The notes beneath the pieces are model-generated. The model made no database searches. It saw only the letters and a program-made list of their open reading frames with translations, and was not told where the DNA came from. This document shows positions 8,056-15,671 of a stretch of 64,000 bases of DNA, piece after piece. Source of the stretch: a virus; IMG/VR virus record IMGVR_UViG_3300045988_154892; one strand, 5' to 3'. Made by a program: the position numbers and the translations under genes. How positions within the stretch are numbered: the stretch's first letter is position 1; the number at the start of each line of letters is the position of its first letter.

Positions 8056-8558
8056 GAGTAGCATTAACAGGACATAGAGCTGAAAGACTTGGACTCCCAG
8101 AAAACGAAGCGGATGATGCTTGGAAAAAGATTGAAGAATGGATTGTAAAACAGCTCTTTCAAATGATTGAAGTTTGTTATTTGGAGAGAGAGAATTTAGA
8201 TATCTATTGTGGTATGGCTTCAGGAAGCGATTTTGCATTTGGAACAGTAGCTATGTTAGTGAAGGTGTACGAAATCATTCCGTTGCGATTGCATTGTGTT
8301 CTACCATGTAAAGATTATAATTCGTCACATGCATTATATGATTACATGAAAAAATATGCAGACGAATGGATTGAATTATCTGATGAATTTTACAAAGGTT
8401 GCGACAATGCAAGAGATCAATATATGGTTGACCACTGTGATGTATTGTTGGCAATTTGGGATGGTAAAAAATCTGGTGGTGTATGGTCTACGATTCGCAA
8501 AGCGCAAAAGGCGGGTAAACAGATTGTGTATTGTCCTAAAGAAGTATTAGAGGGTTAA
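8052..8558 (+). CDS. SLOG-superfamily protein, DUF1273/YpsA-like
   Basis: ALTGHRAERLG, GMASGSDFAF, ARDQYMVDHCDVLLAIWDGKKSGGV. ATGA overlap with the radical SAM gene. Confidence 0.7.
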   Translation: MRVALTGHRAERLGLPENEADDAWKKIEEWIVKQLFQMIEVCYLERENLDIYCGMASGSDFAFGTVAMLVKVYEIIPLRLHCVLPCKDYNSSHALYDYMKKYADEWIELSDEFYKGCDNARDQYMVDHCDVLLAIWDGKKSGGVWSTIRKAQKAGKQIVYCPKEVLEG

Positions 8559-8705
8559 TTATATGTTAAAAACGGTCGAAAACAAAGAAGAATTAGAAAA
8601 TTTGATGAGACTGCGAACGCACACTCGTGGCTTCAGTCATGAGTAAGTGAGCGCAAAACAACAAAAATCAAACAGAGGATCTTATATCAGAAAGATGGTG
8701 ATATT

Positions 8706-9812
8706 GTGTCAGAAAAAGCTTATAAGTATAGAATCTATCCAAATAAAAAACAGCAAGAATTAATCCAGAAAACATTCGGATGCTGCAGATTTGTATATAA
8801 CTATTTCTTAGATAAAAGAAAATCAGAATATGAGAAAGATAAAACATCTTTATCTTACAACGATACAAGTAAACTGCTTACGAAATTAAAGCAAGAATTA
8901 AGCTGGTTAAAAGAGCCAGACAAAGATTCTCTACAGAAAACGCTAAAAGATTTAGATATGGCTTACCAAAAGTTTTTCAAAGAGTATGCTGGTTATCCAA
9001 AGTTCAAGAGTAAAAAGAACAGATACAAGTCATATAGAACCAGTTGTACAAACAACAACATTTCTTTTCAGAACAAACATATTAAGTTGCCAAAGCTTGG
9101 TTTGATTAAAATCCGAGATAGACAAATTACGCAAGGAAGAATCTTAAACGCCACTATCTCACAGGAACCAAATGGACACTACTATTGTTCTTTATGTTGT
9201 ACTGATGTAGATTTTCCACAATATCAGAAAACCAATCAGAATATTGGGATTGACTTAGGTTTAGTAGATTTTGCAATTACGTCTGATGGAATAAAAATTG
9301 AAAATCCTCAGTTTTATGAAAAATCAGAACAGAAACTTGCTAGATTACAGAGAGAACTTTCGAGAAAAACAATCGGTGGTTCCAACTGGAATAAAGTACG
9401 AATCAAAGTTGCGAATCTACAGAAACACGTAGCTAATCAACGCAAGGATTTCTTACAAAAGCTTACTACTCGGATTATAAAACAGAATGACATTATTTGT
9501 ATTGAGGATTTAGATGTGAAATCTATGAAAGAAACAGATACTTCCATTCGTAATAAACGGGTAGGAGATGTATCTTGGTCAGAATTTCGTAGAATGCTTA
9601 CATATAAATCTCAGTGGTATGGAAAAACATTATCTGTTGTAGACAGATATTTCTCATCATCTCAGATTTGTCATTGTTGCGGTTATAGAGACGGTAAGAA
9701 AACAGAAGATATTCGTGAGTGGACATGTTCTGAATGTGGAACTATTCATGACAGAGATATAAACGCTGCGATTAATATTCTTAATGAAGGATTAAGGCTT
9801 TTAAATGTCTAA
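8706..9812 (+). CDS. tnpB: TnpB (RuvC-like RNA-guided nuclease, OrfB)
   Basis: YKYRIYPNKKQ N-terminus. RuvC motifs GIDLGL, CIEDL, HDRDINAAINI. Zinc finger CHCCG...CSECG. Confidence 0.9.
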   Translation: MSEKAYKYRIYPNKKQQELIQKTFGCCRFVYNYFLDKRKSEYEKDKTSLSYNDTSKLLTKLKQELSWLKEPDKDSLQKTLKDLDMAYQKFFKEYAGYPKFKSKKNRYKSYRTSCTNNNISFQNKHIKLPKLGLIKIRDRQITQGRILNATISQEPNGHYYCSLCCTDVDFPQYQKTNQNIGIDLGLVDFAITSDGIKIENPQFYEKSEQKLARLQRELSRKTIGGSNWNKVRIKVANLQKHVANQRKDFLQKLTTRIIKQNDIICIEDLDVKSMKETDTSIRNKRVGDVSWSEFRRMLTYKSQWYGKTLSVVDRYFSSSQICHCCGYRDGKKTEDIREWTCSECGTIHDRDINAAINILNEGLRLLNV

Positions 9813-9913
9813 ATAATATAAGAACCGTAGGAACTACGGGGATAGCTCGGTGATACTTAACTCAATGGAGTTATTGACCGAGAACCCTGCGACTTTAGTC
9901 GTGGGAGGTTCAG
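9813..9913 (+). ncRNA. 3' part of predicted omega/reRNA scaffold (probably starts inside the tnpB 3' end)
   Basis: Hairpins CCGTAG-gaa-CTACGG (9825-9839), CTCGGT...ACCGAG (9846-9882) and CCTGCGAC-ttta-GTCGTGGG (9886-9905) directly after the tnpB stop. Confidence 0.5.
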
Positions 9914-10172
9914 AATTAAAGATATAGATAAAATTGTATTATACACAACTACAAAAGACGTTAAAACAGGTGAAGAAAGTGAAATACAAATTGATATTAC
10001 AAATTGTCATGATGCAGCAATTACTATAGATAAATGGGAAGAATTGAATATCAAAAAAATGAGGAATGAAATGAAAAAGAAAATATCTATTGAATGTTTA
10101 AATTATAATATGGAATTTAAAAAAGATGATAATAAGAATAATTTTCTTACATATATGTGGGAAAATAAGTAA

Positions 10173-10502
10173 ATGGGTATAAAGATGTCAGTAGGATTTA
10201 ATTGGTTCAAATCGTACAAAATACATATCCATAAAGGAACCACGATGTTTGACTATGATGATTCAGACATCGAATATATTGGCGGAGGCAGCACATCACA
10301 TTCTGGATATAATATTGGCTTGGTACAAGATTTGATCGAAAAATATAGTGGAAAGAGAATGCCTATTATACAAGGAGAATGGTTTGATTCAGAAGATCAA
10401 GATTTACATCTGATTGATCCAGCAGAGATGACTGAGATTTGCCAGAGAATTTTAGACGGAAGCGAGGTAGATAAGGTTAATATGAGATCTCGCATTGAAT
10501 GA
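10173..10502 (+). CDS. hypothetical protein
   Basis: ATG abuts the preceding TAA. Confidence 0.6.
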   Translation: MGIKMSVGFNWFKSYKIHIHKGTTMFDYDDSDIEYIGGGSTSHSGYNIGLVQDLIEKYSGKRMPIIQGEWFDSEDQDLHLIDPAEMTEICQRILDGSEVDKVNMRSRIE

Positions 10503-10570
10503 TTTAAAAAATTGTCTGATCAAGGATACTATTTATCTTATGACTATGCGTAATTGAGGAAGGATGCAGC

Positions 10571-10846
10571 GTGGAAATTAAAGAAGAAAAAGTTACTCAA
10601 ACAGTCAAGACTTATACTTTTACAGAAGACGAATATCACGAACTAATTTATAACCAGAGAAAATATGGGTACAACAAAGCATTAGAATATATTGGATTCT
10701 GTGTAGGAAACTATAAATACAAGGTTAGTACTCTTGGAGGAATAGCACAATTCATTGAAGATTTATTGGATTATCTCAAGAATGGATACAGGATGAATAA
10801 TATGTATGATTTAAGTTTTAACGAATGGATTAAAAAGAATAGATAA
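10571..10846 (+). CDS. hypothetical protein
   Basis: GTG start after GAGGAAGG. Confidence 0.55.
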   Translation: MEIKEEKVTQTVKTYTFTEDEYHELIYNQRKYGYNKALEYIGFCVGNYKYKVSTLGGIAQFIEDLLDYLKNGYRMNNMYDLSFNEWIKKNR

Positions 10847-10879
10847 TATTTCAGGAGAGAATATATTTTTAGAACGAAA

Positions 10880-10895
10880 GAGAGACTGGAGAGAC
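10880..10895 (+). repeat. 16-nt purine-rich repeat GAGAGACTGGAGAGAC, copy 1
   Basis: Exact copy at 11261-11276; lies 7 nt before ATG 10903. Confidence 0.7.
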
Positions 10896-10902
10896 GAAAC
10901 AA

Positions 10903-11109
10903 ATGTATATATGTAGAAAAATGAGACTTTGCACATTTTTGTTGGAAAAAGGATTTAAATATAAAAAAGAAGTTCCAGATAGATATAACCCAAATTATAA
11001 ATGTTGGCTGTTTGATAACACACCAGAATTAAGAAACGAAATAGAAAATTATTATTCTCAAATTAAAAAGAAAAATACATATTTGAACAGACGCTCTAAC
11101 TTTAGTTAG
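10903..11109 (+). CDS. hypothetical protein
   Basis: ORF-track ORF preceded by repeat copy 1. Confidence 0.5.
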   Translation: MYICRKMRLCTFLLEKGFKYKKEVPDRYNPNYKCWLFDNTPELRNEIENYYSQIKKKNTYLNRRSNFS

Positions 11110-11260
11110 AGTGATATATATTATCTTTACTTATATTATTATCTATAATTATTCTCTCGGCGCAACCACAGAAATGTGTGGTACTTTTCGAGAGAGACTC
11201 GATACAACAACATCAAAATGTGTTGCTATCAACTATGGAAAATAAGAAAGAAATTTTTAG

Positions 11261-11276
11261 GAGAGACTGGAGAGAC
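11261..11276 (+). repeat. 16-nt purine-rich repeat GAGAGACTGGAGAGAC, copy 2
   Basis: Exact copy of 10880-10895; lies 11 nt before GTG 11288. An 8-nt partial copy GAGAGACT is at 11192-11199. Confidence 0.7.
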
Positions 11277-11287
11277 AGAGAGACGGA

Positions 11288-12214
11288 GTGAAAAATTTAT
11301 TCATTATCAAAAGGATTTTAGAAGATATGAATTTATCAGACGAAGCGTTTACCGTATGGTGTGGATTACGAAATATTTTACAAAAAGATAGAGAAAAATA
11401 TTTTGTATCTTACAGTTCTATTGGCTTTGAAATATTTGACCGTCAAGTTAATAGATACGAGACAAATGCAATTAAAAAAGGATTTAATGAACTTACAAAA
11501 AGAGAATATATCAATGTAATTACATCGTGCAATACAACAGATTTTATAATTGACTTATCTGCATTGTTTTATAATGGGAACGAATTTTTCTCGGATATTA
11601 CAAGAGAAGAAATGCATAAGATTATGAATATTGATAGCAAATGCGATAAATATAAATTATTAAGGTATTTTGCATGTCAAGTAGGGACATTTAACCGTAG
11701 TGATGATATGAGAAGATATAAAGGAAAAATTGGAGGAATAAGTATAGATTATTTCGAAAAATTAATTCCGATTAATAAATCTACGGTCATTTCTTTCAAT
11801 CGCATCTTAGAGCAAAATGAATTGCTTTTCGTAATTAGGCATAAAGACTTTTATCAAAGTAAATTTCAAAATGGTTCCAGTGAGATCAGGGAAATCCCAA
11901 ATACATATAGTCGTTGGAAAGATAGAAAACTCGCCCAGGAATTTGCAGAAGAGCAACATGGATATAAATATGAAGTAACAGAAAAAGGTTTACGCACTGA
12001 CGCAGCGAATAAAAATCGTTCACTAGGTCAGAAGCTTAACAACTACATTTGCAATCATATTGAATATGATGATGCTACAGTCGAAGAAATGCGAGAATAT
12101 GCAGAAAAGAAAAACACAAGACTGAAGAATAAATATGAAGACGAGATATCTAAAGGTTATCATCCTGAAGAGCCGGTGTATATTGACATGACTGTGTTTA
12201 GAGCAGTCGGATGA
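11288..12214 (+). CDS. hypothetical protein (308 aa)
   Basis: Long ORF; start uncertain (GTG 11288 or ATG 11327); no motif I can name. Confidence 0.6.
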   Translation: MKNLFIIKRILEDMNLSDEAFTVWCGLRNILQKDREKYFVSYSSIGFEIFDRQVNRYETNAIKKGFNELTKREYINVITSCNTTDFIIDLSALFYNGNEFFSDITREEMHKIMNIDSKCDKYKLLRYFACQVGTFNRSDDMRRYKGKIGGISIDYFEKLIPINKSTVISFNRILEQNELLFVIRHKDFYQSKFQNGSSEIREIPNTYSRWKDRKLAQEFAEEQHGYKYEVTEKGLRTDAANKNRSLGQKLNNYICNHIEYDDATVEEMREYAEKKNTRLKNKYEDEISKGYHPEEPVYIDMTVFRAVG

Positions 12215-12260
12215 AATATGTCTTTCAGAGGAGAGAATAAATATTCGAGGAGGTGATAAT

Positions 12261-12431
12261 GTGAATCCAATTTTGATCTTTGGAGCAGTATTAGTTACAG
12301 TAATTTTATGGTTTCTGTTGACTTTTCTGTTCCAGCCATTAGGAAAATTCCTACTTCGTATCATAGACGATACGATAGAAACAATGGAAGACGATGAAAA
12401 ACATAAAGAAAAGGAGAAGAAAGAAAAATGA
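12261..12431 (+). CDS. small membrane protein (56 aa) coupled to the SPFH gene
   Basis: GTG after GAGGAGG. Hydrophobic NPILIFGAVLVTVILWFLLTFLF then a charged tail. Stop overlaps the SPFH ATG (ATGA). Confidence 0.55.
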   Translation: MNPILIFGAVLVTVILWFLLTFLFQPLGKFLLRIIDDTIETMEDDEKHKEKEKKEK

Positions 12432-13354
12432 AAAATGGTAAATTAGGTGGAATTGTTTTAGGAGTAGTTCTTGCAGCAGGTTTGATCGTTGGTATCAAAT
12501 GTATGGAAAGAGTTCCAGCAGGATATGTAGGAGTTGTGTATAACTTCTCAAGCGGAATTTCCGATCAGGTGCTAACACAGGGATGGCATTTTGTATCTCC
12601 TACGAAAAAAGTAACTACATATTCGGTTGGTATTGAGCAGTCATACCTTACATCCGAAGATAAGGGTGATTCTCCAAAAGATGAGAGTTTTTCTACACCA
12701 ACATCTGACGGAAAATCTCTTACTGTAGATCTGGAGTTTTCATACAAATTTGATCCAGATAGAATCACAAAGACATTTACGATGTTTAAAGGTCAGTCTG
12801 GAGAGACTGTAAAAAATACGTTTATCAAGCCAAAGATGAGAGCTTGGACACAGGAAGTTACAGCAAAATTCCCTGTTACTGATGTATTTGGGGACAAACG
12901 TCAGGAATTAAATGAAGCTCTTGATGTATATCTGAAACAAAAATTTGAGCCATATGGTATTGTTATTGACACTGTTAATTTTACCAATATTGTAACGGAT
13001 TCGGAGACGTCTGCAGCGATCCAGAGAAAAGTAACTGCACAGCAGGAACTTGAGCTGGCAAATATCGAAGCAAAGACAGCTAAGGTACAGGCCGATAAAG
13101 ATAAAGAAGTGGCTCTTATTGCTGCAGAACAGGAAAAAGAAAAGGCTACAATCGAAGCAGAGCAGAAGAAGATCCAGGCTGAAGGTGAAGCGGAAGCTAC
13201 AAGAATCAAAGCAGAGGCGGAAGCTGAAGCGAATAAAAAGATTGCAGAATCTCTTACTCCAGAGCTGATTGAAAAGCAGAAGATTGAAAAGTGGAGCGGC
13301 GAGGTTCCGCAGGTACAGGGAAGTAATACTCCTATCGTAAGTATTGGAGAATAA
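12428..13354 (+). CDS. SPFH/band-7 (prohibitin/HflC-like) membrane protein
   Basis: N-terminal TM segment, ERVPAGYVGVVYNF...GWHF core, long EAEAEA coiled-coil tail. Confidence 0.85.
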   Translation: MKNGKLGGIVLGVVLAAGLIVGIKCMERVPAGYVGVVYNFSSGISDQVLTQGWHFVSPTKKVTTYSVGIEQSYLTSEDKGDSPKDESFSTPTSDGKSLTVDLEFSYKFDPDRITKTFTMFKGQSGETVKNTFIKPKMRAWTQEVTAKFPVTDVFGDKRQELNEALDVYLKQKFEPYGIVIDTVNFTNIVTDSETSAAIQRKVTAQQELELANIEAKTAKVQADKDKEVALIAAEQEKEKATIEAEQKKIQAEGEAEATRIKAEAEAEANKKIAESLTPELIEKQKIEKWSGEVPQVQGSNTPIVSIGE

Positions 13355-13360
13355 TATTTT

Positions 13361-13390
13361 GTCATCCGTGGTGTCATAGCTACGGATGAC
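13361..13390 (+). terminator. 9-bp hairpin with 12-nt loop GGTGTCATAGCT
   Basis: GTCATCCGT/ACGGATGAC. Only a weak T-run follows, so terminator function is not certain. Confidence 0.45.
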
Positions 13391-13420
13391 ATTTATAAAA
13401 ATATAAAGGAGAAAATACAT

Positions 13421-14050
13421 ATGAAGAAAAAATTAGTGGCAGGAATTCTAATGGCAGCACTTGCGGTATCATGTCTTACTGGATGTGAAGGGTTGAATAG
13501 CGAAGTAAACGATCTAAATGGGTCTATTACGGGTAATACATATAATGCTTCATTTTATACGAATGAAGGTGAAAAGTTCATGGATATGAGCGGACAGAAA
13601 ATTGACCTGGATTCCAATATTGTAGAAGAAGAAACGTATTCAGATGGCAGTTGGGGTTATACGAAAAAATTGTCCAGCGTAGTTACAGTCACAATTGATG
13701 GTAAAGAAGTGGAGAACTGCGGTACTACAATGATCTTTGCGGAAAAAGGACTAAATCCTGATGTGGATTTTCAAAGTCCAGAAGTAATTAATAGTAAAAC
13801 TGATGGCAGTCTTGGAGAGAATGTTATCATTGCAAGCGTTGTCAATAGATTTAAGAATTATTTTGGAAAGGCTCGTGTAGTAGTTATCCAGTCTCAGCTT
13901 GGTGATCCGATTTATGCTTATTCTGGCGATAGTGTGTATTATGAGGTATGCGAAGATTTACCGAAAACGACAAAATTAATGATTGATGGAAAGGCGCTGT
14001 ATATTCACAGAGCTAATTTCCAGATTATCGACAAAGAACTATTGAATTGA
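13421..14050 (+). CDS. lipoprotein
   Basis: MKKKLVAGILMAALAVSCLTGC signal peptide with lipobox. Confidence 0.75.
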   Translation: MKKKLVAGILMAALAVSCLTGCEGLNSEVNDLNGSITGNTYNASFYTNEGEKFMDMSGQKIDLDSNIVEEETYSDGSWGYTKKLSSVVTVTIDGKEVENCGTTMIFAEKGLNPDVDFQSPEVINSKTDGSLGENVIIASVVNRFKNYFGKARVVVIQSQLGDPIYAYSGDSVYYEVCEDLPKTTKLMIDGKALYIHRANFQIIDKELLN

Positions 14051-14063
14051 GGGAGAACATAAT

Positions 14064-14357
14064 ATGGATAAATCAGTATTAGTCATGGATACGCCTAAAA
14101 CATGTTTAGACTGTATGTTTTGTTTCGAATTAGATGAAGGAATTGAAGCTTGCTGTTCTGTGGCAGCAGACGAGGAAGATAAAAGTTTATGCAAAGAAAT
14201 TATCTGTGAAAATGGTTATTGTAACAATAAACCAGATTGGTGTCCGTTAAAGGAACTACCAAAAGAAGAAAACGGATATGCAGATCTATGTAGTTTCGAT
14301 CGTGGTTGGACAGCAGGTTTTAATACATGTCTGCAAAGAATTAATGGAGAAAAGTAA
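14064..14357 (+). CDS. hypothetical Cys-rich protein
   Basis: Packed ORF with 11 Cys. Confidence 0.6.
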   Translation: MDKSVLVMDTPKTCLDCMFCFELDEGIEACCSVAADEEDKSLCKEIICENGYCNNKPDWCPLKELPKEENGYADLCSFDRGWTAGFNTCLQRINGEK

Positions 14358-14983
14358 TGTATAGATATATTGCAGATTTACATATAGGATGTACGAATTC
14401 TTTTGAACATCGTACATTGGAGCATGATGAAATTCTTGTGAAGAATTGGAATTCTGTTGTCAATAATAATGACGTGACGTTCATTCTAGGCGATATTGGA
14501 AGATGTGGAACTAACAAAGACAATGAATATTTGTGTTCTGTTATATCAAGACTTAAATCTAAAAAAATTTTAGTGGTCGGAAATCATGACGAGTCAGGAT
14601 TGAAAGATTATAGGGTAAAACAGTTATTTGAAACTGTGGTTGATTATTTTGAACTTACTGATAATTACAATGATATCAATCAAAAACTTGTGCTTTCTCA
14701 TTATCCTATCTTCTCGTGGAATGGTTGTTATAAAGATACAGTTCTTCTTTATGGTCATACACATGGTAATTTCGATGACACTATCTATCAGGATTCTCTG
14801 GAAAAACTCAGATATAAAGTAAGACAATTAAATATAGAGAATAAAGAAGTGAAGAAATTCAAAAACCTTCCTTATGCTTATAACGTTGGTGCAATGATGG
14901 GTTGGATCAATTATTGCCCTAGAACATGGGAAGAAATTAAGGATCAAATATTTATAAGAAAGGTTGAAGGGCGAAATGAATAA
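14357..14983 (+). CDS. metallophosphoesterase (calcineurin-like)
   Basis: IADLHIG, ILGDIG, VVGNHD, YGHTHG. Confidence 0.75.
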   Translation: MYRYIADLHIGCTNSFEHRTLEHDEILVKNWNSVVNNNDVTFILGDIGRCGTNKDNEYLCSVISRLKSKKILVVGNHDESGLKDYRVKQLFETVVDYFELTDNYNDINQKLVLSHYPIFSWNGCYKDTVLLYGHTHGNFDDTIYQDSLEKLRYKVRQLNIENKEVKKFKNLPYAYNVGAMMGWINYCPRTWEEIKDQIFIRKVEGRNE

Positions 14984-15389
14984 AGTATATATTGTTACAT
15001 CTGGAACGTATTCAGATTACGCAATTGAAGAAGTGTTTGACAATCGTGAAGATGCAGAAAAATATATTTGTTTACACGACAATGACAGTTATTTGGATAT
15101 GCGTGTAGAAGAATATGATATTTACAAAAATGCAGAATTAAAAAATGTAAAAGTTCATTACGGTATTTATTTTATTATGCGTGAAAATGGAATCAACTTT
15201 TTTGATATTGTATACGACAACAAACCTATTGAAACAAATATTAATAGATCTAAACATAACTATTCAAAAAGTTACGATGGTACATTGCCGTTATCCAATA
15301 GAAATATTTTTAAAGATAAAGATGTTGTAAAGAAAATCGTATATGATGCGGTCGCAAAATTTAAAGCTGAAGAAGCTGGAATCTGTTAG
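14976..15389 (+). CDS. hypothetical protein
   Basis: ATG 14976 overlaps the previous stop. Confidence 0.6.
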   Translation: MNKVYIVTSGTYSDYAIEEVFDNREDAEKYICLHDNDSYLDMRVEEYDIYKNAELKNVKVHYGIYFIMRENGINFFDIVYDNKPIETNINRSKHNYSKSYDGTLPLSNRNIFKDKDVVKKIVYDAVAKFKAEEAGIC

Positions 15390-15396
15390 GAGAATT

Positions 15397-15630
15397 ATGC
15401 TTGAGAGATTAAATAAGATTATAGAATCAAAACCATTTAAGAATGCAGCTAGAAAAACGGGCAATGTGGTCAAAGTAACATTATCAGTATATTTTATTCC
15501 TATTATTATATCTGTTGCGCTGATTCCAGTGATACATGAATGGTTCTTTATCTTAGCAATTGTTATGTTGTTTTCAACGTATCCATTTTCTAAATGGTTA
15601 ATTAAGTTACTAGAAGAGGGGAGATTGTAA
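15397..15630 (+). CDS. small membrane protein
   Basis: GGAGAATT then ATG; two hydrophobic segments. Confidence 0.6.
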   Translation: MLERLNKIIESKPFKNAARKTGNVVKVTLSVYFIPIIISVALIPVIHEWFFILAIVMLFSTYPFSKWLIKLLEEGRL

Positions 15631-15671
15631 TGTTCTATTCAGTTAATGTTTATTTTGATGGAGAATAAAAT

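Larger units (their letters stand above)
8607..9913 (+). mobile_element. IS200/IS605-family TnpB-only element (no TnpA)
   Basis: tnpB plus structured ends. TTGAT lies immediately 5' of the proposed left end. Related subterminal sequences CTGCGA..TCGTGG occur at both ends. Boundaries are inferred, not proven. Confidence 0.6.
8563..10172 (+). pseudogene. small phage gene apparently interrupted by the TnpB element
   Basis: MLKTVENKEELENL (8563-8606) stops inside the element. An open frame runs 9914-10172 (IKDIDKIVLYTTTKDVKTGEES...YMWENK) without its own start. Joining 8606 to 9914 restores one frame. Confidence 0.45.

Noticed and set aside
10500-10551. TGA stop of ORF 10173-10502 followed by 16 more sense codons that read naturally if TGA were Trp (…RIE-W-FKKLSDQGYYLSYDYA)
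   Set aside because: A 16-codon open stretch after a stop is expected by chance in this composition. There is no independent support for recoding.
13080-13260. Tandem DNA repeat in the SPFH 3' region (GAAGC/GCTGAAG periodicity)
   Set aside because: This is codon-level periodicity of an Ala/Glu/Lys-rich coiled coil (EAEQKKIQAEGEAEATRIKAEAEAEANKK), not a discrete repeat element.
12901-13420. Two long minus-strand ORFs (163 and 170 aa) and a +strand K/R-rich ORF (13050-13268) inside the SPFH gene
   Set aside because: They lie wholly within the well-supported SPFH coding region. They arise from its GAA/GCT-rich EAEAEA coiled-coil repeat and have low-complexity translations and no SD.
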